A stretch of 64,000 nt of DNA from an uncultured Acidobacteriota bacterium (GTDB lineage Bacteria; Acidobacteriota; Vicinamibacteria; Fen-336): positions 263,959 through 327,958 of the forward strand of contig CAVOYO010000004.1 in NCBI GenBank assembly GCA_963700695.1. The letters are read 5' to 3'. Shown piece by piece: positions 1 to 8,941 of the stretch (position 1 is its first letter; each line of letters opens with the position of its first letter). Position numbers and translations under genes: made by a program. Under the pieces are notes generated by a model, which worked only from the letters and a program-made list of their open reading frames with translations, did no database searches and was not told where the DNA came from.

Positions 1-375
1 GGAGTCCTGGCCCTTGATGTGGAGGAGGTCGCTTCCCCGCAGCAGCTCCATGACGATGTAGGGCGCGCCGTCGGTGTGATACCCGAGGTCGAAGACCGTC
101 ACCACGTTGGGGTGGGTCAGCCGGGCGACGGCCCGGGCCTCACGCTCGAAGCGCTGCTTCTGCTCGGGATCCTCCGCGACCTGCGGGAGCATGACCTTGA
201 TGGCCACCTCACGCTCGAGAAAGGGGTCGAAGGCCCGGTAAACCGCCCCCATGCCTCCCTTGCCGAGCAGACCGACGATCTCATACTTGCCGATCCGCTC
301 AACCGATGCGTCGGAAGGGGATGCTGGCTCGCTCGCGCTGTTCTCGATTCTCACCAAGCTGTCTGTCCCGCTCAT
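1..375 (-). CDS. Hanks-type Ser/Thr protein kinase, N-terminal part (gene continues past the left edge)
   Basis: Reverse translation from the ATG at 375 gives MSGTDSLVRIENSASEPASPSDASVERIGKYEIVGLLGKGGMGAVYRAFDPFLEREVAIKVM...HPNVVTVFDLGY...YIVMELLRG. It has the glycine loop GKGGMG and the VAIK lysine. It is absent from the ORF track because there is no stop inside the window. ORF 19..711(+) is its antisense shadow. Confidence 0.85.
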   Translation of the reverse strand, partial: MSGTDSLVRIENSASEPASPSDASVERIGKYEIVGLLGKGGMGAVYRAFDPFLEREVAIKVMLPQVAEDPEQKQRFEREARAVARLTHPNVVTVFDLGYHTDGAPYIVMELLRGSDLLHIKGQDS

Positions 376-572
376 CGCTGGCCCAACATTCACGGATCCA
401 CAACTGCCCATGAATCGTACCCTACAAAGCGCATGCCCGACTCTGCCGGCCCGCCCCGGGGTCGGTTGGCCTTTGACCCACAGCGATCTACGGCGCAGCG
501 GGCGGTCGCCGGAACGGAACCGCAAGGCCCGAGTGGGCCCGGGCTGGCCGTTTTCCAGACACCTTCACATCC

Positions 573-1718
573 TCAGTCCAGCCGCTTGCGGAAGCGCAGC
601 GCGGCGACGGTCATGATCGAGACCCCCATGGCCAGCAGCACCAGGGCCTGTGGCCACAGCACGTCGATGCCCGAGCCGCGCAGGAAGATTCCGCGGATGA
701 TCTCGGCGTAGTAGCGCACGGGGATGGCGTAGGTCACGTACTGAATCGCGCGCGGCATGTTCTCGATGGGGAAGATGAGGCCCGAGAGGTAGATCATCGG
801 GATCAGCAAGACGAACGCGGCGCCCATCATGGCCTGCTGCTGGGTCCGCACGACCGTGGACACGAGAAGGCCCAGCCCCAGGTTGCCCAGAATGAAGAGC
901 ATCGTCAGGCCCAGGAGCAGCGGGAACGACCCCGCCAGACGCACCTCGAAGCCCCAGACGGTCACCGCGGTGACCAGCAGGGTCTGGATGAAGCCGATCA
1001 CCGCGAACGGGAACAGCTTGCCCACGAGGAGCTGCCAGGAGCGGATGGGGGTGACGATGAGCTGCTCCATGGTGCCGATCTCCTTCTCTCGCACCACGCC
1101 CATCGCCGAGAGCATCATGGTCATGACCATCAGCACGAGGGCCAGGACGGCGGGCACGTAGAACCAGCGGCTCAGGAGGTCGGGGTTGTACCAGACCCGG
1201 GGCACCAGATCGATGCGGCCCCCGGCTCCTGGAGGTCGGGTCCCCGCACGAGCGACCAGGCCACGCAGGCGCGCGACCATCGCCTCCCCGGCCGGGCCGC
1301 TGATGATCGTGCTCGCGTATCCGAGGGCGACGCTGGTGGCCGAGGAGTCGGAGCCGTCGACGATCACCTGGACCCGGGGCGTCTGGCCCGAGGTCAACGC
1401 CCGCCCGTAGCCCGCGGCGATGACCAGGGCGAGCTGGGCGTCGCCGTTGACCAGCCAGGGACCCACCGCGTCGGCCCGCTCCTCCACGCCCACCAGCTCG
1501 AAGTAGCCGGAGCCCACGAAGCGACCGACGAGGTCGCGGCTGGCCGCGGTCTTGTCCTGGTCCACCAGCACGGTGGGCACGCTGGTCACGTCGGTGTTCA
1601 CCGCGAAGCCGAACAGCGTGATCTGGAGCACCGGAGCGACGAAGATCACCGGGATCATCCTCTTGTCCTGACGCAGCTGCAGGAACTCCTTCACGATCAC
1701 CCGCCACAGAACGTGCAT
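573..1718 (-). CDS. ABC-2 type transporter permease (YbhS/YbhR-like), intact
   Basis: This is the C-terminal 381 aa of ORF 573..2753(-), starting MHVLWRVIVKEFLQLRQDKRMIPVIF. It has a large periplasmic loop followed by the ABC-2 block VVREKEIGTMEQLIVTPI and multiple TM segments. The ATG at 1718 lies 2 nt after the stop of the upstream permease. Confidence 0.85.
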   Translation of the reverse strand: MHVLWRVIVKEFLQLRQDKRMIPVIFVAPVLQITLFGFAVNTDVTSVPTVLVDQDKTAASRDLVGRFVGSGYFELVGVEERADAVGPWLVNGDAQLALVIAAGYGRALTSGQTPRVQVIVDGSDSSATSVALGYASTIISGPAGEAMVARLRGLVARAGTRPPGAGGRIDLVPRVWYNPDLLSRWFYVPAVLALVLMVMTMMLSAMGVVREKEIGTMEQLIVTPIRSWQLLVGKLFPFAVIGFIQTLLVTAVTVWGFEVRLAGSFPLLLGLTMLFILGNLGLGLLVSTVVRTQQQAMMGAAFVLLIPMIYLSGLIFPIENMPRAIQYVTYAIPVRYYAEIIRGIFLRGSGIDVLWPQALVLLAMGVSIMTVAALRFRKRLD

Positions 1719-1720
1719 GG

Positions 1721-2847
1721 CTACTGCCCCCTCCGGGCCAGACGCACCGAGGCGAGCGTGGCCATGACCACGGCGAAGACGACGAGAGCGAGAAGCTGGT
1801 CCCAGTACGGCTCCAGGGTGGTGCCCTTGAGGATCACGCCGCGCAGGATGACCAGGTAGTAGCGGGCCGGCACGAGGTAGGTGATGGCCTGCAGGAACGG
1901 CGGCATGGAACGGATCTGGAAGATGAAGCCCGACAGGATGAGGGCCGGAAGCATCGATGCGATGAGGCTGACCTGGAAGGCCAGGGCCTGGCTGTCGGCG
2001 ATCGTGGAGATCAGGATCCCGAAGCCGAGGGCACCGAAGAGGTACACCAGGGTGGCGACGAACAAGGCCAGGTAGGACCCCCGCACCTGGACGTCGAAGA
2101 GCAGGCGCGCGGCCACGAGGATGATGACCGCGGCCAGGTACGAGACGGCCAGGTAGGGCAGGGTCTTGCCCACGATCAGCTCCCAGGTGCGCAGGGGGGC
2201 CACCCGCAGCTGCTCCATCGTGCCGCGCTCCTTCTCGCGCACGACCGACAGCGCCGTCGCGAGGACGGCGGTGAGCATCAGCAGGAAGCCGATCAGGCCC
2301 GGCACCAGGAACTGGGTCGACTCGAGCTCGGGGTTGTACCAGATCCGCGGCTCGTAGGCGATGCCGGGCTCGAGGGTGATCCCCATCCGGCTCAGGCTGC
2401 CCCGCAGGAGGCGCTCGTTGGCCTGGGCGACCAGGCCGCTGGCGTAGCCGAGGATCGTGGTGGCGGTGGTGGCGTCCGCGCCGTCGAGGAGGAGCTGAAC
2501 GCGCGACCGTGCGCCCCGCGCCGAGGTCGGCGCCGAAGCCCTCGGGGATGACCAGGATCGCCTTGGCCTGCAGCCGCTCGGTGAGGACCTCGAGGTCCTG
2601 TCCCGGCGCGGGTGTCGCCACCAGGTCGAAGTACGTGGAGTTCACGAAGGCGGCGATCAGGTCGCGGCTCTGCACGCTGTGGTCCCGGTCCTGGACCGCG
2701 AGGGCGATGTGGCGCACGTCGAAGTTGAGGGCGTAGCCGTAGAGCACGAGCATGAACGCCGGCAGACCGATGCAGCATGATCAGGCTGAGGGGATCGCGC
2801 GCCACCTGGCGCAGCTCCTTGCGCGCCACGGCCCAGGTGCGCCTCAT
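1721..2847 (-). CDS. ABC-2 type transporter permease, paralog; reading frame broken twice
   Basis: Three frames are needed: [25 protein letters not shown], then MLVLYGYALNFDVRHIALAVQDRDHS...IPEGFGADLGAG, then RVQLLLDGADATTATTILGYASG...VVREKERGTMEQLRVAPL...SVRLARRGQ. The frame changes lie near 2770 and 2515. The ATG at 2847 overlaps the ATPase stop (ATGA). Confidence 0.75.
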
Positions 2848-3805
2848 GCCGGGATCGCGCGCGCGCGCGTTCGCAGACGCGCCTCCTCCTCCTCGACGTG
2901 GTGGATGAAGACGTCCTCGAGCGACGGCACGATGCGCTCGATGGAGGCAGGGCGGGTTGCCCTGGCGCTCCAGAGCGTCGGTGATCAGCCGCCGGCCCTC
3001 GTCGGCGTCCCTCACGACCACGTGGATGCGCGTGCCGAAGACCGACGTCTCGAGGGCCCACTCCTGCTCGCCGAGCAGCTCGAGGGCCTCGCTGAGCCGG
3101 GGTGCGCTCACCTCCAGCACCGCGCGGCCCGCGAACACCTCCTTGAGCTCGCCCACCGTGCCCTGGGCCGCCAGGCGTCCCGCGTGGATCAGGGCCAGGC
3201 GGTGGCAGTACTCGGCCTCGTCGAGGTAGTGGGTGGTCACGAAGACGGTCACGCCCCGGCCGGACATCTCGTCGATCAGGGCCCAGAAGCGCCGCCGCGA
3301 GATGGGGTCGACGCCGCTGGTGGGCTCGTCGAGGAACACCACCTTCGGCTCGTGGAGGACCGCGCAGGCCAGGGCCAGCCGCTGCTTCCAGCCGCCCGGG
3401 AGCTCGCCGGTCAGCCGGTGCTCCTTGCCCCGGAGGTCGGCCATGTCGATGGCCCACTCCTCCCGCTCCCGGGCGCGGGCGCCGCGCAGGCCGTAGACGC
3501 CGCCGAAGAAGCGCAGGTTCTGCCGCACGCTGAGGTCCTCGTAGAGGCTGAAGCGCTGGCTCATGTAGCCGATGCGCCGCTTCACGCCCTCCGGGTCGCG
3601 GGCCACGTCGATGCCGAGCACCCGCCCGTGCCCTCGGTGGGGGCGAGCAGGCCGCAGAGCATGCGGATGGCGGTGGACTTGCCGGCGCCGTTGGCGCCCA
3701 GGAAGCCGAAGATCTCCCCCGCCTCGACGCTCATGGTGAGGTGGTCGACGGCGGTGAAGGAGCCGAAGCGCTTGGTGAGCTGGTCGAGCTCGATGGCGGG
3801 CTCAT
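2844..3805 (-). CDS. ABC transporter ATP-binding protein (single NBD), frame-disrupted
   Basis: Motifs present: Walker [10 protein letters not shown], signature [16 protein letters not shown], Walker [14 protein letters not shown]-loop VTTHYLDEA, and C-terminal [21 protein letters not shown]. These are spread over three frames, with shifts near 3790, 3625 and 2945. Confidence 0.75.
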
Positions 3806-5137
3806 CGTCCCCACCGCGCGGTCGAGCTGGGCGACGGCCAGGCGGGCGTCGGCCAGGGCCTGGGTGCGCTCGAGGCCGGCCTCGAGCAGGGCGATCTCGG
3901 CGTCGAGGAGCTCGGAGGACGGGATGACGCCTTCCCGGTAGCGGTCGGCGGAGACCCGCCGGCTCTCTTCGCCGGCGGCCACCGCTCCGTCGGCGACCCG
4001 GGTGGCGACGTGGGCGGCGCGCACCTCGAGATGGGCGCTGGTCACCTGGAGGCGGATGTGTCGCTCGAGGTCGTCGAGGCGCTGGCGCAGCGCCTCGACG
4101 TGGGCCTGGGCGCGCGCCACCGAGGCCGAGGTCCGGCCGCCGTCGAAGACCCGCAGGGAGACCTCGACGCCCACGTCCCAGCTCGACCGCCACTGTCTCG
4201 TCGGGCGGAACGAAGTTGCGGTTCGGGTTGGCGTACAGGTAGCCGGCGGTGAGGCCCAGCTGGGGCCGGGTCGTCGACTGGGCCACGCGCACGCTGGCCT
4301 CGGCGGCGCGGACGCGGGCGAGCAGGCCCTCCCGCTCCGGGCGGGCTTCCAGGGCCTGCTGCACGAGGGCCTCGAGGTCCTCGTGGGCCGGCGGCGGGCT
4401 CTCGAGCGTCTCCGTCGGCTCGACCACGGCGTCCGGCGGGAGCTGGAGGAGGCGCACGAGGTTGGCCTCGGCCACCTCGGCCGCGTTCTCGGCTCGCAGG
4501 CGGCGCAGCTCGGCCCGCTCGTGCTCGACCTCGACCGCCAGCACCTCGCTGCGGGCGGCCAGGCCGAAGCGCTCCCGGTTGCGCGCGTCCTTCAGGTGGG
4601 CCTGGAAGGCGCCGAGCCCCTCCCGGAGCACGCGCTCGCTCTCGCGGGCGGTCACGAGCCTCCAGTAGGCGTCCTCGGTCTCGAGGACCAGCGTGCGCCG
4701 GCTGGCGTCCAGGTCGAGACCGGCGGCCCGCTCGCTCTCGACCGCGGCGTCGATCTGGCCGGAGATGCGGCCCCCGGCGTAGATCGGCAGGTTCGCCCGC
4801 GCCGAGAGCCCCCAGTTGTCGGGCAGGTTGAGGAAGCCGACCGGCGGCTGGCCGGGCGGCTGGGGGATGAGGAACTCGTTGATGTCGGAGCGGCGCGTGT
4901 AGCCGGCGGCCACGCCCGCGGTGGGCCACCGCTCGGCGCGCGCCCCCTCCAGGTCGGCGCCGGCGGCGAGCGCGCAGCTGCTCGAGCTCGCGGAGGCGGG
5001 CCGACACCGTGAGCGCCCGCTGCACGGCCTCGGCCAGGCTCAGGCGCACCGGCCCCGCCTCGGCGACGGCCGGCGGGTCCTGTGCGGTCGCGGTCCCCGC
5101 GGCCAGGAGCATGAAGAGGAGTAGTCGCGCGCGTCAT
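3802..5137 (-). CDS. TolC-family outer membrane efflux protein, frame-disrupted; 3' end uncertain
   Basis: Pieces in three frames: [23 protein letters not shown]; [12 protein letters not shown]...[23 protein letters not shown]...; second repeat [43 protein letters not shown]...[21 protein letters not shown] good signal peptide, MTRA(R)[15 protein letters not shown], appears only after adding 1 nt in the gcgcgcg run near 5125. Confidence 0.7.
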
Positions 5138-6117
5138 CGCGTCACCTCACTGGGGCCCGGCGTGTCGGCCGCCGCGGCTCGAATGCGCCGGATGAAGACG
5201 TCCTCGAGAGAGGGCAGGCCGGCGCGGGCGGACTCGACCTCGACGCCGACTCGCCGCCAGGTGCTCGGCCAGCCGGCGCGCGGCGTCCGCGGCGCCTCCC
5301 GGGCTCGACGCCGGGCAGGTTCACGTGCAGGCGGTCGCCGAAGACCTCCACGTCGGCCACCTCGGGGTGCCCGCGCAGTCCCTCCGCCGCCTGCTTGCGC
5401 GGCCGGGCGACGACCTCCACGAACGAGCCCTCGATCTGCGAGCGGAGGTTGCCGGGGGCGTCGAGGGTGAGCAGTCTGCCCCTTGTCCATGAGCGCCACC
5501 CGGCCGCACCGCTCCGCCTCGTCGAGGTAGGGGGTGGTGAGGAGGATGGTGAGGCCCTCCCGCTGGAGCCGGGCGAGGAGCTTCCAGAAGTCGCGGCGGG
5601 AGACGGGGTCGACCCCGGTGGTCGGCTCGTCGAGGACCAGCAGCTCCGGGGTGTGGACGAGGGTGCAGACCAGCGCCAGCTTCTGCTTCATGCCGCCGGA
5701 CAGGCGCGCGGCGAGCCGGCCGCGGAAGGGCGTCATGCGCACCATGTCGAGCAGCTCGTCGCGGCGCGGCTTCCAGTCCCTCACGTCGTGGATCTCGGCG
5801 AAGAAGGCGATGTTCTCGTCGACGGTGAGGTCGCCGTAGAGGGAGAAGCGTCTGCGAGAGATAGCCCACCCGGTCCGACAGCCGGCGCCGCTGCCGCGTG
5901 GGACTCAGTCCGCACGTCTCCACGCTCCCGGAGTCGGGAGCGAGGATCCCGAGGACCATGCGCAGGGTGGTGGTCTTGCCGGCGCCGTCGGGACCGATCA
6001 GGCCGAACATCTCCCCGCGGCGCACCTCCAGGGAGAGCCGGTCCACGGCCACGAGATCGCCGAAGCGACGGCTCAGCTCATCGGAGCCGCACGAGCACGG
6101 GCGCGCCCTCGCTCACT
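5134..6117 (-). CDS. ABC transporter ATP-binding protein (single NBD), frame-disrupted
   Basis: Motifs present: Walker A GPDGAGKTT, signature LSGGMKQKLALVCTL, Walker B LLVLDEPTTGVD, TTPYLDEAE, and C-terminal SLEDVFIRRI. There are at least four frame changes (about 6090, 5845, 5475 and 5250-5290). The GTG start overlaps the HlyD stop (GTGA) and the stop overlaps the TolC ATG (ATGA). Confidence 0.7.
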
Positions 6118-7085
6118 GGACCGGGCCCGCGGGCTGCAGCCGGGCCTCGGCCGGCATGCCGGGCTTGAAGAGGCCGTCGTCGTTGTCGAGGGCGATCTTG
6201 ATCCGGAAGACGAGCTTGACGCGCTCGTCGCGGGTCTGGACGTTCTTCGGGGTGAACTCTGCGCGCGAGGCGATGAAGGAGACCCGCCCCGTCCGCGTCT
6301 GCCCGTCGTCGGTGACCACCTCGGCGTCCTGGCCCAGGCGGATCCGTCCGAGGTCCGGCTCCGGGATGTAGGCGTTGAGCCAGGCGTTCGCGAGGTCCGT
6401 CACGACGACGATCCCGCTTCCCGGGGCCATCAGCTCGCCCTGCTCCGCGAGCTTCTGGGTCACGACGCCGTCCACCGGGCTGCGGATCACGGCGTCCTCG
6501 AGCTGCTGCTCGAGCTGGGCGATGCCGGGCCTCGGCGGCCTGGCGCCGGGCGCGGGCGGCGTCCTTCTCCTCGTCGCGGAAGCCGGCCTCCATCCGGCGG
6601 ACGCGCTCACGGGCGGCCTCGACCGAGGCCGCGGCCACGTCGCGCCGGGTGCGGGCGTCGTCGCGCGACTTGGTCGTGCCCGAGCCGACGGACAGCAGGC
6701 CCTCCATGCGCTCGAGGTCGCGGCTGGCGCCGGCGAGGTCCGCCTCGGCCCTCGCCAGCTGGGCCCTCGCCTCCAGGATGTCCTCCTCGCGCGTCCCGGC
6801 GAGGCGCAGGCGCAGCTCGGCCCGGGCCAGGGCCCGCTCGGCCTTCGCCGTCTGCAGGGCGAGGCGCGTGTCGACGGTGTCGATGCGGGCGATCTCCTGA
6901 CCGGCCTCGACGGTGGAGCCCTCGTCGACGGCGAGGTGTTCGAGGGTGCCGCCCACCTTGGTCGAGAGCAGGACCTCGGTGGCCTCGACGTGGCCGGAGG
7001 CGAGGATGCGGCCGTCCTCGCCGTCTCCACCGCAGGCCGCGGCGAGAAGGACGGTGCCCAGGACGACTCCAGCTGAGCGCTTCAT
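6113..7085 (-). CDS. HlyD-family periplasmic adaptor (membrane fusion) lipoprotein, one frame break
   Basis: It begins MKRSAGVVLGTVLLAAACGG (lipobox), followed by the lipoyl-like hairpin HVEATEVLLSTKVGGTLEHLAVDEGSTVEAGQEIARID and a long coiled coil. After a shift near 6540 it reads IRSPVDGVVTQKL...GRVSFIASRAEFTPKNVQTRDERVKLVFRIKI...LQPAGPVQ. An aaggag SD lies 8 nt upstream of the ATG. Confidence 0.8.
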
Positions 7086-7250
7086 GAGCGCGCTCCTTTC
7101 CTCTTCTTGGCTCTCGGTTTCGGTGGGGGGGATGTCCCGGGGGCGAGCCCCCGGAGAGTCATCTCCTCGAAGACAACAAGAGGATAAGGGAAAAGGGGAC
7201 CCCCTGTGGATTCGTCAAGGAGTGATGTGAGGCGGGGAGGCGAGGGGTGC

Positions 7251-7280
7251 GACGGGATGCAGCGGGATGCAGCGGGATGC
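7251..7280. repeat. Three tandem 10-bp direct repeats (gaCGGGATGC / agCGGGATGC / agCGGGATGC) upstream of the efflux operon
   Basis: Read directly from the sequence. The repeats lie about 170 nt upstream of the HlyD start, in a purine-rich (plus strand) spacer. Confidence 0.7.
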
Positions 7281-7299
7281 GGGGGTGGGAGGGCACGGG

Positions 7300-7339
7300 G
7301 GGGCAGGTCTCGATGCTCAGCGGCGGCGAGACCTGCCCC
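7300..7339 (-). terminator. Hairpin with a 13-bp perfect stem just downstream of the barrel gene
   Basis: GGGGCAGGTCTCG (7300-7312) pairs with CGAGACCTGCCCC (7327-7339) around a 14-nt loop. It starts 7 nt after the stop at 7346-7348. There is no U-tract, so the intrinsic-terminator call is tentative. Confidence 0.5.
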
Positions 7340-7345
7340 GTCTGG

Positions 7346-8020
7346 CTAGAAGCGGAGGTTGATGCCTCCGGCCAACTCCCACTGGTTCGAGTATTGGGCG
7401 CTGCCGACAACCCAGCAGCCCCACCAGGGGTCGCACCACCAGCCGGCGGCGTCGGTCTTGATGTAGGTCGGGGTCCAGCGGACGCCGCCGAAGATGCCGA
7501 AGTTCTGGGCGGGGTAGATCTTGACGCCCGCGCCCCAGGTCGTGGAGAAGCGCGACTCGCTGGGGATCGTACGTTCCTCAAGGAGTCCCGTGATCCGGAT
7601 GTCGCTGTACCGCGTCACGCCCAGGCCACCGAGCAGGTAGGGCCGGATCGTGTCGTCCACGTCGCCGAAGTTGTAGGCGAAGAAGCCGTGGTAGTTGTCG
7701 ATGTTCAGGTCCGCGACCTCGGAGACCGCGTTGCCCTTCGCCTCGAGAATCGTGTCCTGCCGGTCCCAGAGGAAGCCGACCTCGACGTCCTCGGTGACGA
7801 AGAAGCCGATCGAGAGGCCGTACGACCCGGAGTTCTTCGGGTCGATCCGGTTGTAGACGTTTCCGTCCGAGCCTTCCCGCGCGTCACCGCTGACGCCGTC
7901 GGAGAAGGTGTAGCCGGCCCAGCCCTGGATCTCGATCCGCGGGTCCTGTGCGTGCGCGGGGACGGCGACGAGCAGCGCAAGCGGGGCGATCCACGCCATC
8001 TTCTTCAACACTAGAGTCAT
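7346..8020 (-). CDS. Outer-membrane beta-barrel protein (OmpW/OMP_b-brl-like), intact
   Basis: Signal peptide MTLVLKKMAWIAPLALLVAVPAHAQ, alternating aromatic/Gly beta-strand pattern, and C-terminal GGINLRF ending in Phe. The upstream part of ORF 7346..8065 is probably non-coding. Confidence 0.75.
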   Translation of the reverse strand: MTLVLKKMAWIAPLALLVAVPAHAQDPRIEIQGWAGYTFSDGVSGDAREGSDGNVYNRIDPKNSGSYGLSIGFFVTEDVEVGFLWDRQDTILEAKGNAVSEVADLNIDNYHGFFAYNFGDVDDTIRPYLLGGLGVTRYSDIRITGLLEERTIPSESRFSTTWGAGVKIYPAQNFGIFGGVRWTPTYIKTDAAGWWCDPWWGCWVVGSAQYSNQWELAGGINLRF

Positions 8021-8277
8021 CCTCCCTACTAGTGATTCCTGGTTTGTCCGCCGTCCGCCGGACACCGTCGGCCCCCGTTCCGGCGGAGGAGGTCAGCTCG
8101 TTGGACACGCGTCGCCGCGCGCCCCGAGCACCATTTCACAATGGGTCCTGCTCAGGCGGCTGTCAACGCGATCGGCGGGGCGGATGGGGGCGATCGACGG
8201 GCGTGATTGCCCCTGCTTCTCGCCCCCCACCCGTTTCTGCATCGCGTCGAGGTCGACGCCGAGCGCGGCGCGGGGCG

Positions 8278-8781
8278 TCAGTACGCGAGGGGGATCTGCG
8301 ACGACAGCTCGAGGTCGATCAGGTTGTTGATCCGGGCCTCCACCTGGAAGAAGCGGGCCACGATCTTCGCCGGAAGGACGGCCAGGAACTTGTCCAGGTA
8401 CTGCGTCTTGAGGGCGTGCTCCTTGCCCTCGAGCGCGACGGACCGGGTGATGAGATCGCGGGCCTTCTCGTCGGTCAGCGTGTCCACGTGGTCGGCGTAG
8501 TCCTTGATGATCGCCAGCCGCTCGTCTCCCAGGGTCTTGAGCTCGGCCTCGTACTCCTTGTAGACGGGCCAGAACGTGGCGGCCTCCTCGGCGTCGAGCT
8601 CCATCGTCTTGGCGACGATGTCCGCCTTGTCCGCGCGTACGTCCTTGCGCATCAGCTCGATGAGCTGGTCGACGTCCTGCATCTCCCCCTCGTGCTGGTT
8701 GGGAGCGGGGGCGGCGGTCAGGGCGGGGACCGACAGCACGAGAGCCGCGAGGGCGGTGCCCACGGCGAGCGTCTTCTTCAT
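8278..8781 (-). CDS. Secreted all-alpha hypothetical protein
   Basis: MKKTLAVGTALAALVLSVPALTAAPAP is a signal peptide. The rest is charged and helical (…FWPVYKEYEAELKTLGDERLAIIKDYADH…ARFFQVEARINNLIDLEL). I recognise no family with confidence. Confidence 0.6.
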   Translation of the reverse strand: MKKTLAVGTALAALVLSVPALTAAPAPNQHEGEMQDVDQLIELMRKDVRADKADIVAKTMELDAEEAATFWPVYKEYEAELKTLGDERLAIIKDYADHVDTLTDEKARDLITRSVALEGKEHALKTQYLDKFLAVLPAKIVARFFQVEARINNLIDLELSSQIPLAY

Positions 8782-8903
8782 TTTGCGTGGCCTCCTGCCG
8801 GCAGCTTCCTGGGGCCGGCCGAGCCGTGATGCTAGGGGCGGTCGTTGCGCGTGTCAATCCCTGCTCGAGGAGGCCCGGAGCCGATCCGATGCCGCCGGTC
8901 GTG

Positions 8904-8921
8904 GGCGGGTATAATCCCGCC
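8904..8921 (+). promoter_or_regulatory. Perfect TATAAT hexamer flanked by the inverted repeat GGCGGG/CCCGCC, 27 nt upstream of the sensor phosphatase ATG
   Basis: The sequence ggcgggTATAATcccgcc is read directly. No good -35 is present (cgatgc/ccgatg), so promoter status is uncertain. Confidence 0.35.
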
Positions 8922-8941
8922 GCGTTTCGAGCGCCTCCGCG

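Noticed and set aside
19-711. The 230-aa plus-strand ORF at the left edge.
   Set aside because: Its first half is antisense to the Ser/Thr kinase N-terminus (GKGGMG, VAIK read on the minus strand). The remainder crosses an intergenic spacer and the 3' end of the permease.
7251-7280. The possibility that this repeat, or the 53019-53133 tandem repeats, represents a CRISPR array.
   Set aside because: The units are contiguous with no unique spacers (10 bp x3 and about 38 bp x3). One set lies inside a coding linker, and no cas genes are present.
8066-8277. The spacer between the barrel gene and the periplasmic-protein gene, plus the ORF 8093..9151(-) covering it.
   Set aside because: The ORF is junk-composition and overlaps the real gene 8278..8781 in another frame. 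I could find no hairpin, repeat or promoter-like element worth reporting in the spacer.
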